Below, piece by piece: positions 44,770 to 58,443 of a stretch of DNA of 64,000 nt (positions are counted from its first letter, which is position 1; each line of letters begins with the position of its first letter). A model generated the notes under the pieces. The model was not told the origin of the DNA. It saw only the letters and a program-made list of their open reading frames with translations, and searched no databases. Origin of the DNA: Octopus vulgaris (lineage: Eukaryota); the NCBI GenBank assembly GCA_951406725.2, contig OX597831.1:81344001-81408000 (forward strand), written 5' to 3'. The position numbers and the translations under genes are program-made.

Positions 44770-45437
44770 GTAAAATATATACAAGTTGCCTATGTAAGGG
44801 GAAAGTTTAAAACTGTGTAGATGGTTGTTTATATCTTATGTATGTGTATGTATCTCTACGTGTATGTATGTGTATGAATGTATCAGCAATGGGTCAATGT
44901 GTCTATGTATCTCTACGTGTGCACGTGAGCTTGGGTATTTATGTGGACGTTTTCTCAATAGGGGTGTGTATACGTGTGTATACAGCCTATGTATTCCCGT
45001 ATGTATACACCCGTAAAAACAACAATAATCCCACCATTTACAACCTATTCAACGACAATGACCACCACCACCACCATCAACAACAACAACAGTACAAACA
45101 CCATCCTTCCCAGGACCATCACCGCCGTCATCAACACCGCAAGCCCCACCACTAACGTCACTAACAACAATAACAACACCCACGACAACTGTAACGCTAT
45201 CTCAAGCATTGTATGGTATTCTATAATAAATATATTGTGAGTAAATGAGGAGAAGGAGGAGAGAAGAATCAACTGTGGTGTTCTGTAGATTCTCTAAGTG
45301 TGTGGAGAGTGTGGTCGACTATTGTGTTGGAGAGATTTCTTTAATTGGCAGCTGACTGCTTATCAACACGGGACGGCGGATTGGCCGTTGACGACCTCTC
45401 TCTATATATGAGAGTGTGTGTGTGCATGCGTGTGCGT

Positions 45438-45520
<83 letters not shown>

Positions 45521-47204
45521 TACGCACACACATATATTTTAATACATGCATACCCATACACATAGACACAAACACACACACGCGTGCGTGTATGTTTGTA
45601 TATATATATATAATACATGCATACCCATACACATAGACACACACGCTAACACGCACGCGCACACACACACACACACACACACACATGTATACATGTGTAC
45701 ATATATACTAACATGCATTTATTCCTACATGCATTCATAAGTGCAAGTATGAAGCGACTAAATTTCTTGCCGTTGGGTCATTAACTTTGCAATACCTTAA
45801 ACACCACACATGTGTATGGTATGTGTATGTGTACGTGTGTTTGAGAATGTGTGTGGTATGTGTTTGTGTGTGTGCGTGTGTGTGTGTGTGTGTTTGAGAA
45901 TGTGTGTGGTGTGTGTGTGCGATTGTATTTCTTAGGTGTTAAAACGAATGTGCTAGAGGGTATATGTATTTGTGTATATATTTAGCAATGTATATAGATG
46001 TACATATGTGTGTAGTTATATATGTATATGTATGTGTGTATGTACGTGTGCACGCATACAGTTTGTATGTGTTTATATACTAGATTCCTTTTCTTCGTCT
46101 ATACGTTTGTGAATGTGTATTTCTATTATGGGTGAGAGTGTGCATATTTGTCTGAATGTGTGTGCATGTGTGCGCGTGTGTATATGTATGTGTGTGCGTG
46201 TATGTGTGTGCGTGTGTGTGTGTGTGTGTGTTTCTGGAAGGCATTGTGTGGTTTCGATAATTCTCTGCAAACACGGCTATTGTTACTTGCTGGAGGACGC
46301 CAGCACCCTCTTCACACACACACCTTGTCCCAAAGACAAAATACCCACACACAACTGCACACACACACACACACACAAACATAAATACAACCACATACAC
46401 ATACACACGACCACGTACACCCTCCTTACCGCCAATCGTTCTTAGGATGACATGGCCATCACATATTAATATAATATAAACGGCTGTCTAAACACCTTGG
46501 CTGATCCATTAATTTTTATTAATTGATCCCATTTATACTACCACCTCTACACCTCCATAGACGCCCCCACAACCACCTCACACCTCTCCGTCCCCTCTTG
46601 TCCCCTTCACCACTTAAGCCATTAGCTTTCTATTTTGCTGTGCCATCTTCTTAACCCTCCTCCTCAGCCAATCGCACTCACACATACAGACTCACGCGTA
46701 CGTAGGCAGACATTGACCCATTCTCATACTTACTCGCACGCATGCGCAATCATACAAACTGCCATTCACACAGATGCATACACATAGTCCCAAACAAACA
46801 CAGAGAGCCATTCACTCACACACTTATACATACCTGCATCAAAATAAAGACATACACACAAACAAACACAGCCTCAAAACAGTTTTTTTTCTAGTTTGTC
46901 TCTAAACTGTGGGTTCCACTCCCAGATTGGGCGGTGCCCCGTCTCCGTAAGCAGAGCACAGCCCTTCACGTTGCTTCACTCCACTCATTTGAGCATGAGA
47001 AACGGCAACTGGAGTTAAGCCTTATAACGGGTAATCTTCTAGCCTCGGTCACTTAAAACATCTTAGAAACCAAGTCTGAAATAGCCTCCTCAGCGCTTAA
47101 CACTTTCACTGCCTTAAAAGTCTGCATTCAATCACAGTTTTAGTCAAGATTCGCGCAAGTGTCTATATATGTATGCATGTTATGTAAATGTGCATGCATA
47201 TTAT

Positions 47205-47259
<55 letters not shown>

Positions 47260-47380
47260 ATACTTAATCAAATCGAAGGGAAATGGAAAATAATAGAAAT
47301 TTTCCCTTCCAGTGGCCTAGCGTGTAAAAATTTAGGCCAAAGACTATGTATTAGTCATAAAATACAGTGTATATTTAAAC

Positions 47381-47525
47381 ACATAAGAGGAATCCATTCT
47401 TGGGATTCATTACGCTAGAAAGAACAGCTAGGTTCTAAAACTACAAAATATCCCTATTTTTGTGGTTTTAGAACCTAGCTGTTCTTTCTAGCGTGATTAA
47501 TCCCATGAGTGAATTCCTCTTATGT
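47381..47525. repeat. Inverted repeat (arms ~70 bp, ~4-nt loop)
   Basis: ACATAAGAGGAAT..ACGCTAGAAAGAACAGCTAGGTTCTAAAAC pairs with GTTTTAGAACCTAGCTGTTCTTTCTAGCGT..ATTCCTCTTATGT. Confidence 0.9.
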
Positions 47526-47545
47526 ATGTGTGTATATATATATAT

Positions 47546-47737
47546 AGTTGAAATTTATAGAAAACCAAAAGACGAAGACAGGTGTAGGAACAACAAGCAA
47601 GTGTTTTAGTTTGACACTTGGGAAGAATGGAAAAGTCTTTTACGTTTCGAGTCTATGTTCTTCGACAGAAAGGAATAAGAGGAAATAGATAGAGGAGAAG
47701 GAAAAAAACGTGTAGAGTTCAGTGGTCCAATATGGCG
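47546..47737 (-). mobile_element. Family H1 element
   Basis: AAAGACGAAGACAGGTG..; hammerhead-like motif at 47637-47672 (CTGTCGA..GAAACGTA). Ends in ATGGCG like the 24927 copy. TA flanks. Confidence 0.7.
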
Positions 47738-48334
47738 AATATATATATACACACACATGCGTACAAACACACACAGTACGTATTTATGTATATGTGGAAA
47801 GGAAAGCTATTCGCACAGATATATGTGCGTATGCATATACATGTATGTGTGTGTGTGCGTGCTATATGTAACATGTAACCCAGTACACCCTGTCGCATTG
47901 TCGGGCCGTCATTGACTAATCCGGCAACTCTTTGTAAGGAAGGTGGTTTTCGTTGGACCCCCAAAGCAGGACCAAAAACAAAACTGAAGTCGGGGATCTT
48001 GTTTTTGCTTGTTTCTGGACTATTTTCTTTTTTTTGGCAAAAGTCTTAATTCTGTTGCACAAGTTGTTATGGAGTTTAAATTTTAGCAGAAGGATGGCAG
48101 ATACGAGTCGTCTACGAGTCCACAGTCGTCATGTATATGTGTGTTTGTTTATGTACATGTATGTATGTGTGTGTGTGTTACACCTCTAGCGTTTAAGTTT
48201 CCTGTTTCCTTTGTGTTGGGGATAAAGAAGGCTTTCCCCACCCCCACGAGTGAATCAGCAACTCTCTGTGGTTTTGTCAGTTTCTTATGATACATGTCTG
48301 CTGGCACCTCAGAACTTTGGAATATGCTTTTCTA

Positions 48335-48756
48335 TTTCAGGCACATGGCCCGAAAATTTAGGGGAGGAGAGCAGTCGATTTGATCGACCCCAGTACACAA
48401 ATGGTACTTAATTTATCGACCCGAAGGGATGAAAAGTCGACCTCAGAACGTAACGGCTGACGAAATACCTATTTCTTTACTACCCACAAGGGGCTAAACA
48501 TAAAGGGGATAAACAAGGACAGACAAACGGATTAACTCGATTACATCGACCCCAGTGCGCAACTGGTACTTAATCTATCGACCCTGAAAGGATGAAAGGC
48601 AAAGTCGACCTCAGCGGAATTTGAACTCAGAACGTAGCGGCAGACGAAATACCGTTAAGCATTTCGTCCGGCGTGCTAACGTTTCTGCCATAGCGGCAGA
48701 CGAAATACCGTTAAGCATTTCGTCCGGCGTGCTAACGTTTCTGCCATCTCGCCGCC
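48335..48756 (-). mobile_element. Composite SINE family A (two joined copies, internal 56-bp duplication)
   Basis: Reverse complement of family A. 48635-48690 is repeated exactly at 48691-48746. Confidence 0.85.
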
Positions 48757-49502
48757 TTTGGAATATTATTACCAAGTCCGGCTACTTTCCAAATTTTTTT
48801 CTACCCTCTTAATTATTTCTCCTCGAGTTATATCCTCTTTCCATTCTGTCATTCTCTTGATCAGTATTTTCCTTCATTTCTTTATTGTCTATACTCATTC
48901 CCAAAATTCTTCTATACCCCTTGCTGTTGAAGCTACATAGAATTCTGTTATGTATTTTACCAAATTCCCCAACAGAAACATTTGAAGTTCAAAGCAAACA
49001 GACTTTTTTGTTGTTATTGTTGTTCAAAGAATTGATGCAGTTTTTCTTATAACTGGATTGGTTGCGATTTAGTGACGATCCTCTCAAAGAAATAGCAAAG
49101 CGTAAGAACTACGAAGATATAACTTTTAAAAATTCTTCAAGATAACTTTAAGCAATAAATAGGTAAATAAGTAAAAAAAAAAAATGAAAAACTGTTTGCA
49201 GAAGAGCAGAAGAGATTGCTGCAAATGTTCCCGTGATTGTGACGATCCATTTCACGCAAACACACACGCAATCACAAATAAATACACACACACACACACA
49301 TGCACACAAAAACAAACACGCACGCACGGACACAGACACACACATGCATCAACACCCCCGAAAATCCCCCTATACCGCTCGGGGCCTTTCTTACACGGTT
49401 TCACTCACCACTCCGCCCGACCTTATAATCTACAACATCCAACATATTTCATATAAAAACAGGTCTGCCTGTGTGTACTATGCCTGTATGTGCGTGTATG
49501 TC

Positions 49503-49533
<31 letters not shown>

Positions 49534-50017
49534 TTGTCTGTCTGTGTGTCTGGCTCTAAGTAAAGTTGTCTGTCAAGATAATATAACAACGGTCAATCAT
49601 ACGTCAACAAGGCAAAGAGTTTTTAATTAATGACAAAACGCTAAATATGACAACGGCCTTTTAAAAACGCACCAACATGAAAAGACGCTGACAGCCTTAT
49701 CTTGCCTTCTTCTTGTTGCTGTTGTTGCTGTTGTTGTTGCTGCTACCACCGCGACTGCTGCTGCTGCTTTTCTTGTTGCGCTTGTTTCTCTTGTTGGTCG
49801 TCTTACATTCGTGCTATTCTTCCTCTTCTTCTTCTTCTTCTTCTTCTTTTCATCTTGTTACTGTTATCGATGCCGTTGCGTTGTCGTTGTTCTTCTTGTT
49901 GCTGTTCTTGCTGTTAATGTTGTCATTGTTGACGATTGTTTTTTTTATTATGGTTTTTAAATTTTGTTTTATTTTTTCCGTCCTTTAAAGTATTGGCAAG
50001 ACTGCTGTTGTTGCTGT

Positions 50018-50098
<81 letters not shown>

Positions 50099-50153
50099 GA
50101 CAACAACAATATAGTGGGGTAGGATACCCATCAGTAAATCACAACTCACGCAT

Positions 50154-50191
<38 letters not shown>

Positions 50192-50271
50192 AGAACAAAG
50201 TACAAGAGTCATGAAACGTGCCGGGCCTTCTCCTATTTTCAAAACCATACCACCACCACTACTCCCACCAC

Positions 50272-51445
50272 TATATATACTGGTTTGCACCTCCAAAAAT
50301 GTATACAAAGTATAACAGCTGATAACTCTTTTTAGATTTAACCCATTTTGGAAAAAATGAAGGGAACCAGACCAAGCTTTGCGCAGATTTAGCCTAAAAT
50401 GATGCTCCTGGAAGTTGATAAACGCAAAGTGTGAAATACATTTTAGGAAGGAATTTCAAAGACGTCCACCTAGGCACTTAAAGATAAGTTTGAAGCAGGA
50501 GGAACTGTTCAGAAGCTCTACACAAAACACTCTGGAAGACCGCCAGCATCGATCGGATCCACAAAGCAAGAAAGTGTGATAGAAACGTTTTCCCTGAGTT
50601 CAAGAAATTCTGTGCAGCAAGCGAGTCATAAGAAATGAGTTTCAAAATCAAGCGTCCATTGCATTTTGATGTGTTTTCATTAGAAAAGTTAGATTCCACG
50701 AACTGTGCATGATTTCAATGAAGATGGTCCGATGTGGAGAAGATGCACATTTTCCAACAAAGATTACTTGGAGTGACGATTCTATATTTAAAGTAAATGG
50801 CTCAATGAAGAGGAACAATTGTCCCTTCTTGGAGATGAGAATAATTTTGTAGAAGAATTTCCTGTTAACTGGCAAGGTATTACAGTAGGATGCGGTTTAT
50901 GATCAAAACGATTGATTAGACGATGTTTTTCTTTGACGGTGCTGAGACTGCTTTCATTTACTTGAACATCCTGAGGCAATCTGTGATGCTAAGGGAACTT
51001 TGAAGATGTGGAGTTTTATTTCCATCAAGTTGGGGACACACACACATACTACCGTAATAATGTTAGGGTCCGCTTTAAAGACATTCCGCCGAACCGGTAA
51101 ATTGGACAAAATAGCTCTGTAGAATACCCTCTGCGTTCACCGGATCTCACACCACTAGACGTTTTTGTGGTTGTACTTAAAGGATGGAGTTTACGGTCAA
51201 CGAACTGCGAGGAACGGGGTGGGCATTGAAAAAGGATTCGCAGAAATGACGAAAGAAATGTATTTTGATGTTTGCGATTCTATTGCTTCATGTTATGAGT
51301 AGTTTGGAAACAGCGATCATGAATTAAAGTTAAATTCTGTCTGTAACTCCGTAAAATTTTGAAAATGAAATATATTTTGATAAAGTCTGACTTTATAATC
51401 ATTCAAAGTATATAAAATGCCATTTTGGAGGTAACCTTATATAGA
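50272..51445 (+). mobile_element. Decayed Tc1/mariner DNA transposon, rosa/DD41D-like
   Basis: Disrupted frames give KITWSDDSIFKVNGSMKRNNC (first D), GITVGCGL, and FYFHQVG..NR*IG..EYPLRSPDLTPLD, with ~42 residues between the second (degenerate) and third catalytic positions. Imperfect TIRs ..ACCTCCAAAA.. / ..TTTTGGAGGT.. with TA flanks. Confidence 0.8.
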
Positions 51446-52926
51446 TAAATATATAAAAATCATCGGCGGCGGAGTGTCGACTGACTAGTTTCGCATTAAT
51501 TTAAACTCATCAGGGAACGTTAGCTCGTCTCTCAGCTTTATTAAGGATTTTGATTGGTATCGCATAGTTGATGACCTCTATTTCTGCATCTATTGATAGC
51601 TATCAATCACGAGAAATGTAAGCGATATTGATCTCAACAACGTTAAATATCTGAACGTGAAGTGAAGAGCCTGAATATACTAAAACGTGAATTGCTCTAC
51701 GACTTTTAATAGTCATTATTTATATTTATATAATAATTAATAATTAAATTTATATAATAATTAATATCTTTATACTTATTCATGCAGTCCACTATATAGG
51801 CATACAAATAGGCGTGTGAGTTTGTGTGCGCGCGTGTGAACACGCATACGTGTCCGTGTATGTATGTATGTATGTATGTATGTTATGTATGTTATGTATT
51901 TATGTATGTAACTGCATGTTCATGTAAAGAATATACATGAATACTTACGCATATTTTCGCGGACGCAGACACAAATACATATATACAAAGAAGTCTAGAC
52001 GATTGTGTATGCATGCATGCATCGTGCATACGTTCATACACAATATACATATAAACATTACATATATACATATTCACATACATATTATACATCTATACAT
52101 ATTAGCGAGCACAAACATACTTGTATACGTAAACGCACACACACACACACATAAACACACACACATACACGATACATACGTACATGCATACAATGAGACG
52201 GAGACCCGCATGTACGCAACATCTGAGGAACGCGAACCATCAAAGCTATCATACACATCTAAACAAAAATAACATCAAATGACGACAACAATAGCTTCAA
52301 CAACAACAACAACAACATTGTCCATAATAAAACCCTCCTCCATATCCCATCAGGTAAGAGCGGAAGTGAAACAATTGCAGTGTGACGGCTGATGGTGGTG
52401 AGGCTGATCGACGAGAACCGGAAATGCCTCCATCATGAACGAATCACTTCGGTGTTTTGAAAAAGACTCTCAAGTCGTACAAAGTACAATTACAACCAAA
52501 ATGGCTGCCTGCCTGGCTTCTGTCCTAGCGTCGCTAACAATGACATCATATTATAAATTGCAAGCGTATCGAAGACGTTAAATGACGGTTGTTGTTGTTG
52601 TTGTTGTTGTTATTGTTGTTGTTGTAGCTGTTGTTGCTGTAGATATTGTTAGTCTAGATGTTCAGTTACATTGTTATAGCTATTGTCACTGTTGTTGTTA
52701 TTGTGGTTGTTTTTGCAGTTGTAATAAGTGATGTTGTTGTTGTTGTTGTTATCACGGGTAGATTGATCCGCTTTGATATTTAATTGATAGCGGATTAAAC
52801 CACTTTAATGATGAAATAAGCACGATAAGTAATACAAAGATAACAATAATAATAATAACAATAATAATAATAATAATAATAGTAGTAATAATAATAATAA
52901 CAACAATTATTATTTTTATTAGAATG

Positions 52927-53027
<101 letters not shown>

Positions 53028-53830
53028 AATAGCAACAACAACAAAAGCAACAACGATGATGATGATGATTTCATTTATTTCTGTTTTGGCCACAAGGGTG
53101 ATAAACGAGTGTTAGTTGGTAGAAGAGAGATTACAAAGGTCAGTGGATGGGGTGGGGCGGCGAGAAAACAAACGATGAAATAAAATACAGTTTAAAATGA
53201 ATTGTCTTAAGTAAAGGGAACAGGGATCTGGTTTGGTTACGGAATCCTGGAAGTTGTCTGGAAACAAATTTACTTACGATCTAATGAGGTTATACACGAA
53301 ACAATATGTAATTTCGTGTACGTGTGTGTATTATTTTTAACAAGGAGGAAGTTGACTGGGACCTCAAAGTTTCAGATCAGCTGCATTTATCGGAGTCTGA
53401 CGAAGGGAACTGAACAGAGACATCGAAGTCACCTTTAAATATTTTTCCATGCTTAAATGAATGTGATGTTGCATTATGCTTCGGTTAATATAATGTTGTT
53501 GCTTTTTTCATATATATATATATATATATAACTCTATATAAATATAAACACACACTTGCACACATATCTCTGTTGAATATCTTAGAAAGAAAAATCAGTC
53601 ACAAAGAATGGCAGTATCTCTTCTTTATTAAAACATCCATGAATTTTCTTTTATATCTGAATATAACGAACGAAATGATACCTCCCTTACTCCTGACTCG
53701 TTTTTCTTTCTATCATGACCCTCTACATAACAAAGAGCTTTTCATACATGTCAACACACACACACACACATATACAAAATGATGAATGGATTGATAGACA
53801 AATAGATAGATAGATAGATAGATAGATAGG

Positions 53831-53902
<72 letters not shown>

Positions 53903-54161
53903 CAAACAAATCGGTGTATGTGTGTGTGTGTGTGGCAGTGGGGCAGTTCCCATTATTTTAGCTATGGTATGCAATTTCAAAACCTCAAGCTTGAATATTG
54001 AAGTTGAAGGTGGGGTACGTTCACATTGTGTGTGCCCTCTTTCCAGTTGTGTTACATAAAAATGAAAGATTTATGGTAAAACCTGATTTGTCATTTGCAT
54101 TTATTTTTAGGTTTGAGTATACATTGCATGCCATGTAGTCATGTGGGAAACAATGCTAATG

Positions 54162-54193
<32 letters not shown>

Positions 54194-54284
54194 GAGAGAG
54201 AGGAGGAGAGAGAGGAGGAGAGAGAGAGGAAGTGAGAGGGAGAGGAAGTGAGAGGGAGAGGAAGTGAGAGAGAGAGAGAGAGAC

Positions 54285-54336
<52 letters not shown>

Positions 54337-54459
54337 TGGCTTTAGCTGGCTAATCCAGTGTAGGTTATTAAACTATTACACATTCCATGTCATGAAACTG
54401 AAAGCGAGTCGGTTTTCTAAAAATCTGAACAGAATCCCATTTGCTTGTTTATCGCGGAT

Positions 54460-54660
54460 ATTGTTGTTATTTAGCCCCCGGTCGATCCTGACCAAACAGC
54501 TCAGGACTGATGAAAAGCATTCCACTCATGATCATTTGGTGTTTTTTCTTGTACTTTTGTATTGTTCGGGTATATTGCACCACGGTACTAGATTCTCGTG
54601 TGATTTCAGTATGGTTTAGCTGTTATTTCTAGCATATCGAACAACCACATAGATATCTAC
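54460..54660 (+). repeat. Old interspersed repeat family E
   Basis: Diverged copies share ..CATTCC.GCC.TGACCATC.. and TTTGGCTGCTATTTCTAGCA-like blocks. Also at ~715-900, 17700-17910, 20390-20530 (-), 39870-40180, 56365-56440 (-) and 58870-59050. Confidence 0.5.
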
Positions 54661-54976
54661 TTGTTAGTTTAAGAAAGGCGTGAATGCTACAAAACTCTCA
54701 CCTGTATTGCATTATCATAATGAGTTCATTTAATCAAAAATATGGTGCTTTTTTGATAAACTCAACAAGAACGTCATTTGATATAGTCAAGACAAGACCA
54801 CGTGACCAAACGTAATTAATCAGTGTCCGCTTGATTAGTCCTTCATTAGTCGAATCTAATGTAACATGAGGCCGTATCGATTGACACTAACTCCGAAACG
54901 ATTTTATAAAAAAAGCGTATTTAACATACGCAAATACATACGTACAATGCGTTATCGTGTGCATGAATATATGTGT

Positions 54977-55015
<39 letters not shown>

Positions 55016-55046
55016 TGTGTGCGTGTGTGTGTGTGTGTGCGTGTGT

Positions 55047-55155
<109 letters not shown>

Positions 55156-55789
55156 ATTCCAAAATTTTATTTTGGTATTTATGGGAGTAAAATGTTTTCG
55201 AAGACGCATATTGTCGTTGAATGCTCGAAATGAGGAGTAGATAGACTGAGCCGACAACTGATGAAGGGTCGTTCTTGGTGTTACTTGTCCTGTTTTTCAT
55301 TTTTTTTTTCTTTCGTTGTTTGCGTATTTAACTCGTTTCTTTACGTATTTCATGTTATTTGCACCGTTGGTGATGTCCTATATCCACATATACAAATATT
55401 ATTTATGTTATATATATATACTGATATATATATATGTAGACACGCGCGTATGATTGTTCTTGATTAAGGAATAGAGCCATGTGAGGGCGCATGGCCGAAC
55501 GGTTAAGGTGTTGCACTCATGATCGCGAGATCGTGGTTTCAAATCATGGATCGGACGGTGCGTTGTGTTGTCAAGTAAAACACTACATTCCACGTTGTTT
55601 TGTGACATGTGACATGTGGTACACTTGTACAGTTCTTCATATAACATCAATTTCATGGATGGGAGGGAGCTGCTTATGTGCACCACAAACATTTTGATCC
55701 CTCGAAACAAATCATTTCAACAACCAAAAAAATTGCAGAGCCGTCTTTCTCGAACTGCGAGAGACTTCCATCAGGCTTAGAGCCAGTAG

Positions 55790-55967
55790 TTTTGAATGAA
55801 GGGGCTTTGTGAATTAAATCGACCCTCAGAATATAACTGGTACTTTTATTACCGAGCTGTGAAAGTTGAAATTCAAAGTCGACTTCGGTGGGATGTAAAT
55901 TCAGAATGCAAAGAAAACCCGGAAATAATACCACAAGGCAATTCCAGCATTCCAACGATTCTGCCAA
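55790..55967 (-). mobile_element. SINE family A, diverged
   Basis: ACTGGTACTTTTATT..AAAGTCGACTTCGG..AACGATTCTGCCA. Further partial copies at ~20033-20157 (-), 35993-36200 (+) and 38385-38605 (+). Confidence 0.65.
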
Positions 55968-56255
55968 TATATATTGGTACTTTTAATATGAAATGATTCG
56001 AGGATGAAAGGTCCTTCCCGAGCCATTGGCTCATTGGGCCCGTTTCCCGGATCCCGTCTCGTATATGTCTCCGCCACTGGACGTGCTTCCCGTCCATCCT
56101 TGGATTACTCCTCTTTTTGCTGGCTGAGCGGACTGTTTACTATACAGATATATCTATTCTTTAAATTATATACACCCAAGAAATATATAACTGCTATAGG
56201 GTTTATATTGACAACTGAAGGATTTGACATTAGGGCATTACACATGATGATGATA

Positions 56256-56301
<46 letters not shown>

Positions 56302-56784
56302 CGATGATGATGATGATGATGCAAAAAGAGGACAATGGCGGAGATTATTATTGTTGCTTCGCCTGAAGTAGCTGACCTTCTAGAAATAACAACCAAATCC
56401 CTCACAAATGGTACCCTACTATTTTAAAAAAGAAAGCTCAGCAACAGTTAGGCTGCTGCTCCCAAGGGCCTCATTAAAGGGTTCTTTGTTGGCCTTGGAC
56501 CTTTTATAAAAAGTTTTCAGGCTTATTCTATTTATAGGTTATTGGGCAGCTTTTTGATAGACTTTTAAGACTGGATTATTTTAATTTCTGCATACATAAT
56601 CATTGCCATTGGTGGGTAAAAGAGAAAGAGAGAGATGTGCGGTATTTTTATATCAAATAACACATAAATGGAGAGTGTGCATGAGAAGTTGGAAAAGAAA
56701 CAATTATTGTTACTTATTCCACCTATTTTCGTGCTGAGTTCAAATTCCGGCAAGGATGTAAAATATGTGTCAGTCAAGTACTGA

Positions 56785-57115
56785 GATGAATTTAATAGAC
56801 TAACCCACTGCCCCTGTCAATCTAATCGACTAACCTACTGCCCCCCGTCAATGTAATCGATTAACCCACTGCCCCTGTCAATCTAATCGACTAGCCCACT
56901 GCCCCTGTCAATCTAATCGACTAGCCCACTGCCCCTGTCAATCTAATCGACTAGCCCACTGCCCCTATCAATCTAATCGACTAACCCACTGCCCCTGTCA
57001 ATCTAATCGACTAACCCACTGCCCCTATCAATCTAATCGACTAACCCACTGCCCCTATCAATCTAATCGACTAACCCACTGCCCCTGTCAATCTAATCGG
57101 CTTACCCACTGCTCC
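56785..57115 (+). repeat. 30-bp minisatellite, ~11 copies, inside a SINE A remnant
   Basis: Unit TGTCAATCTAATCGACTA(A/G)CCCACTGCCCC, contiguous with no spacers. Preceded by the SINE B-box CTGAGTTCAAATTCC at ~56734. Confidence 0.9.
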
Positions 57116-58263
57116 TAAAACTGCCTGGCCTCTGCTAAAATACAAAACCAAATTCATGATCGTTAAAGTCGCTCCTCTTTCGATTCGAGTATATTCGAAT
57201 GGCGGCAAACTTTTTCTTAATGTGGTTTTTCTTTACTTTCATACAAAAACTTGCTGTCGAACCATTTGGACGTCAAACTTTTACTGGGGGTGGCGGGGGG
57301 GGGGGGGAATAAATGACAAGAAATTTCTTCTTTTTTTTTGTTTTGTTTGCTCGTCATTTTTAAAGACTCTATTTTTCTCACACACTGAAACATTTATTTC
57401 AAGCCTCCGTCCCGATCCTCAGGCAACGCCCCGAGAAAGAATGCCAGCAAAAACATCATTAAAAAAAAAAAGTTTAAAAGAAATATTAATAACCATACAA
57501 AATAATCGTCAAAAACAAATGATATTGCAACTGAAGACGTATCATCACTGACATCACATTTGACAGCAGCAGCAGCAACAGCCGTTCAAGAATTTTGACC
57601 CGGAGATCTCCATTTCCAGAGACATCGAGGGCCACCTCCCAGTGGTGTCGGGCGTCAACGAAGAGCCCTCGACTACAACAAGACGACCAAAGTCTTTTTT
57701 TTTTTGCCAAGGTCTGGGGTCTCCCGCCCCTAAGCCCTAGACCATCACCTAATCACCCTTACCCGTCTTGTTGCTTAACAACAACAACAACAACAACAAC
57801 AACAGCAGCAGCAGCAGCAGCAGTAGTCGTAGAAGTAAACATTAGAACACGTACACAGGCTGCGTCACTGGACACAAGTGTACCTGTAAAAACCCTAAAC
57901 ACGAAATATTTCACGGAAAGGATAAATCCATGGATTATTTTGTCGCACAATCCAGTGACTATTTGCCAGAATTTCTTGTACAGGTACGCGAGGAGTTAAA
58001 ATAACATAGTTCAGACTAGTCAAGACTACAGACACCTTACGTGTATTATCCAGGGAGCAATTAGAGGCAGTTCTCACAAATGCGTGGGTAGGTGAGGTGG
58101 GAAAATGTCCCCTATTGTGAGAAGAGAAGCATTTGGCAATAACAGTGTAAGCTACGATCTACGAGTGGTGCGACCATAGCTGGATTCAAAATAGAGGGCA
58201 GCATTAAGTTTCAGCAAACAAGAATTTTATTATGTGTATATATGTATATTTATATAACATCTG

Positions 58264-58331
<68 letters not shown>

Positions 58332-58347
58332 ACAATCTATCTATATA

Positions 58348-58378
<31 letters not shown>

Positions 58379-58379
58379 G

Positions 58380-58443
<64 letters not shown>

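Noticed and set aside
53278-53440. CTAATGA..GAAACAATATGTA and CTGACGAAGGG motifs
   Set aside because: The first has a core mismatch and only marginal stems; the second lacks a GAAA/UH half. Kept only as weak supporting cases.
56785-57115. 30-bp repeats superficially like a CRISPR array
   Set aside because: Units are contiguous with no unique spacers, the context is eukaryotic, there are no cas genes, and the unit derives from a SINE.
57486-57999. 134-aa plus-strand ORF in a GC-richer unique block
   Set aside because: No recognisable domain, partly (ACA)n/(GCA)n repeat, non-ATG start. May be regulatory, but there is no evidence for coding.
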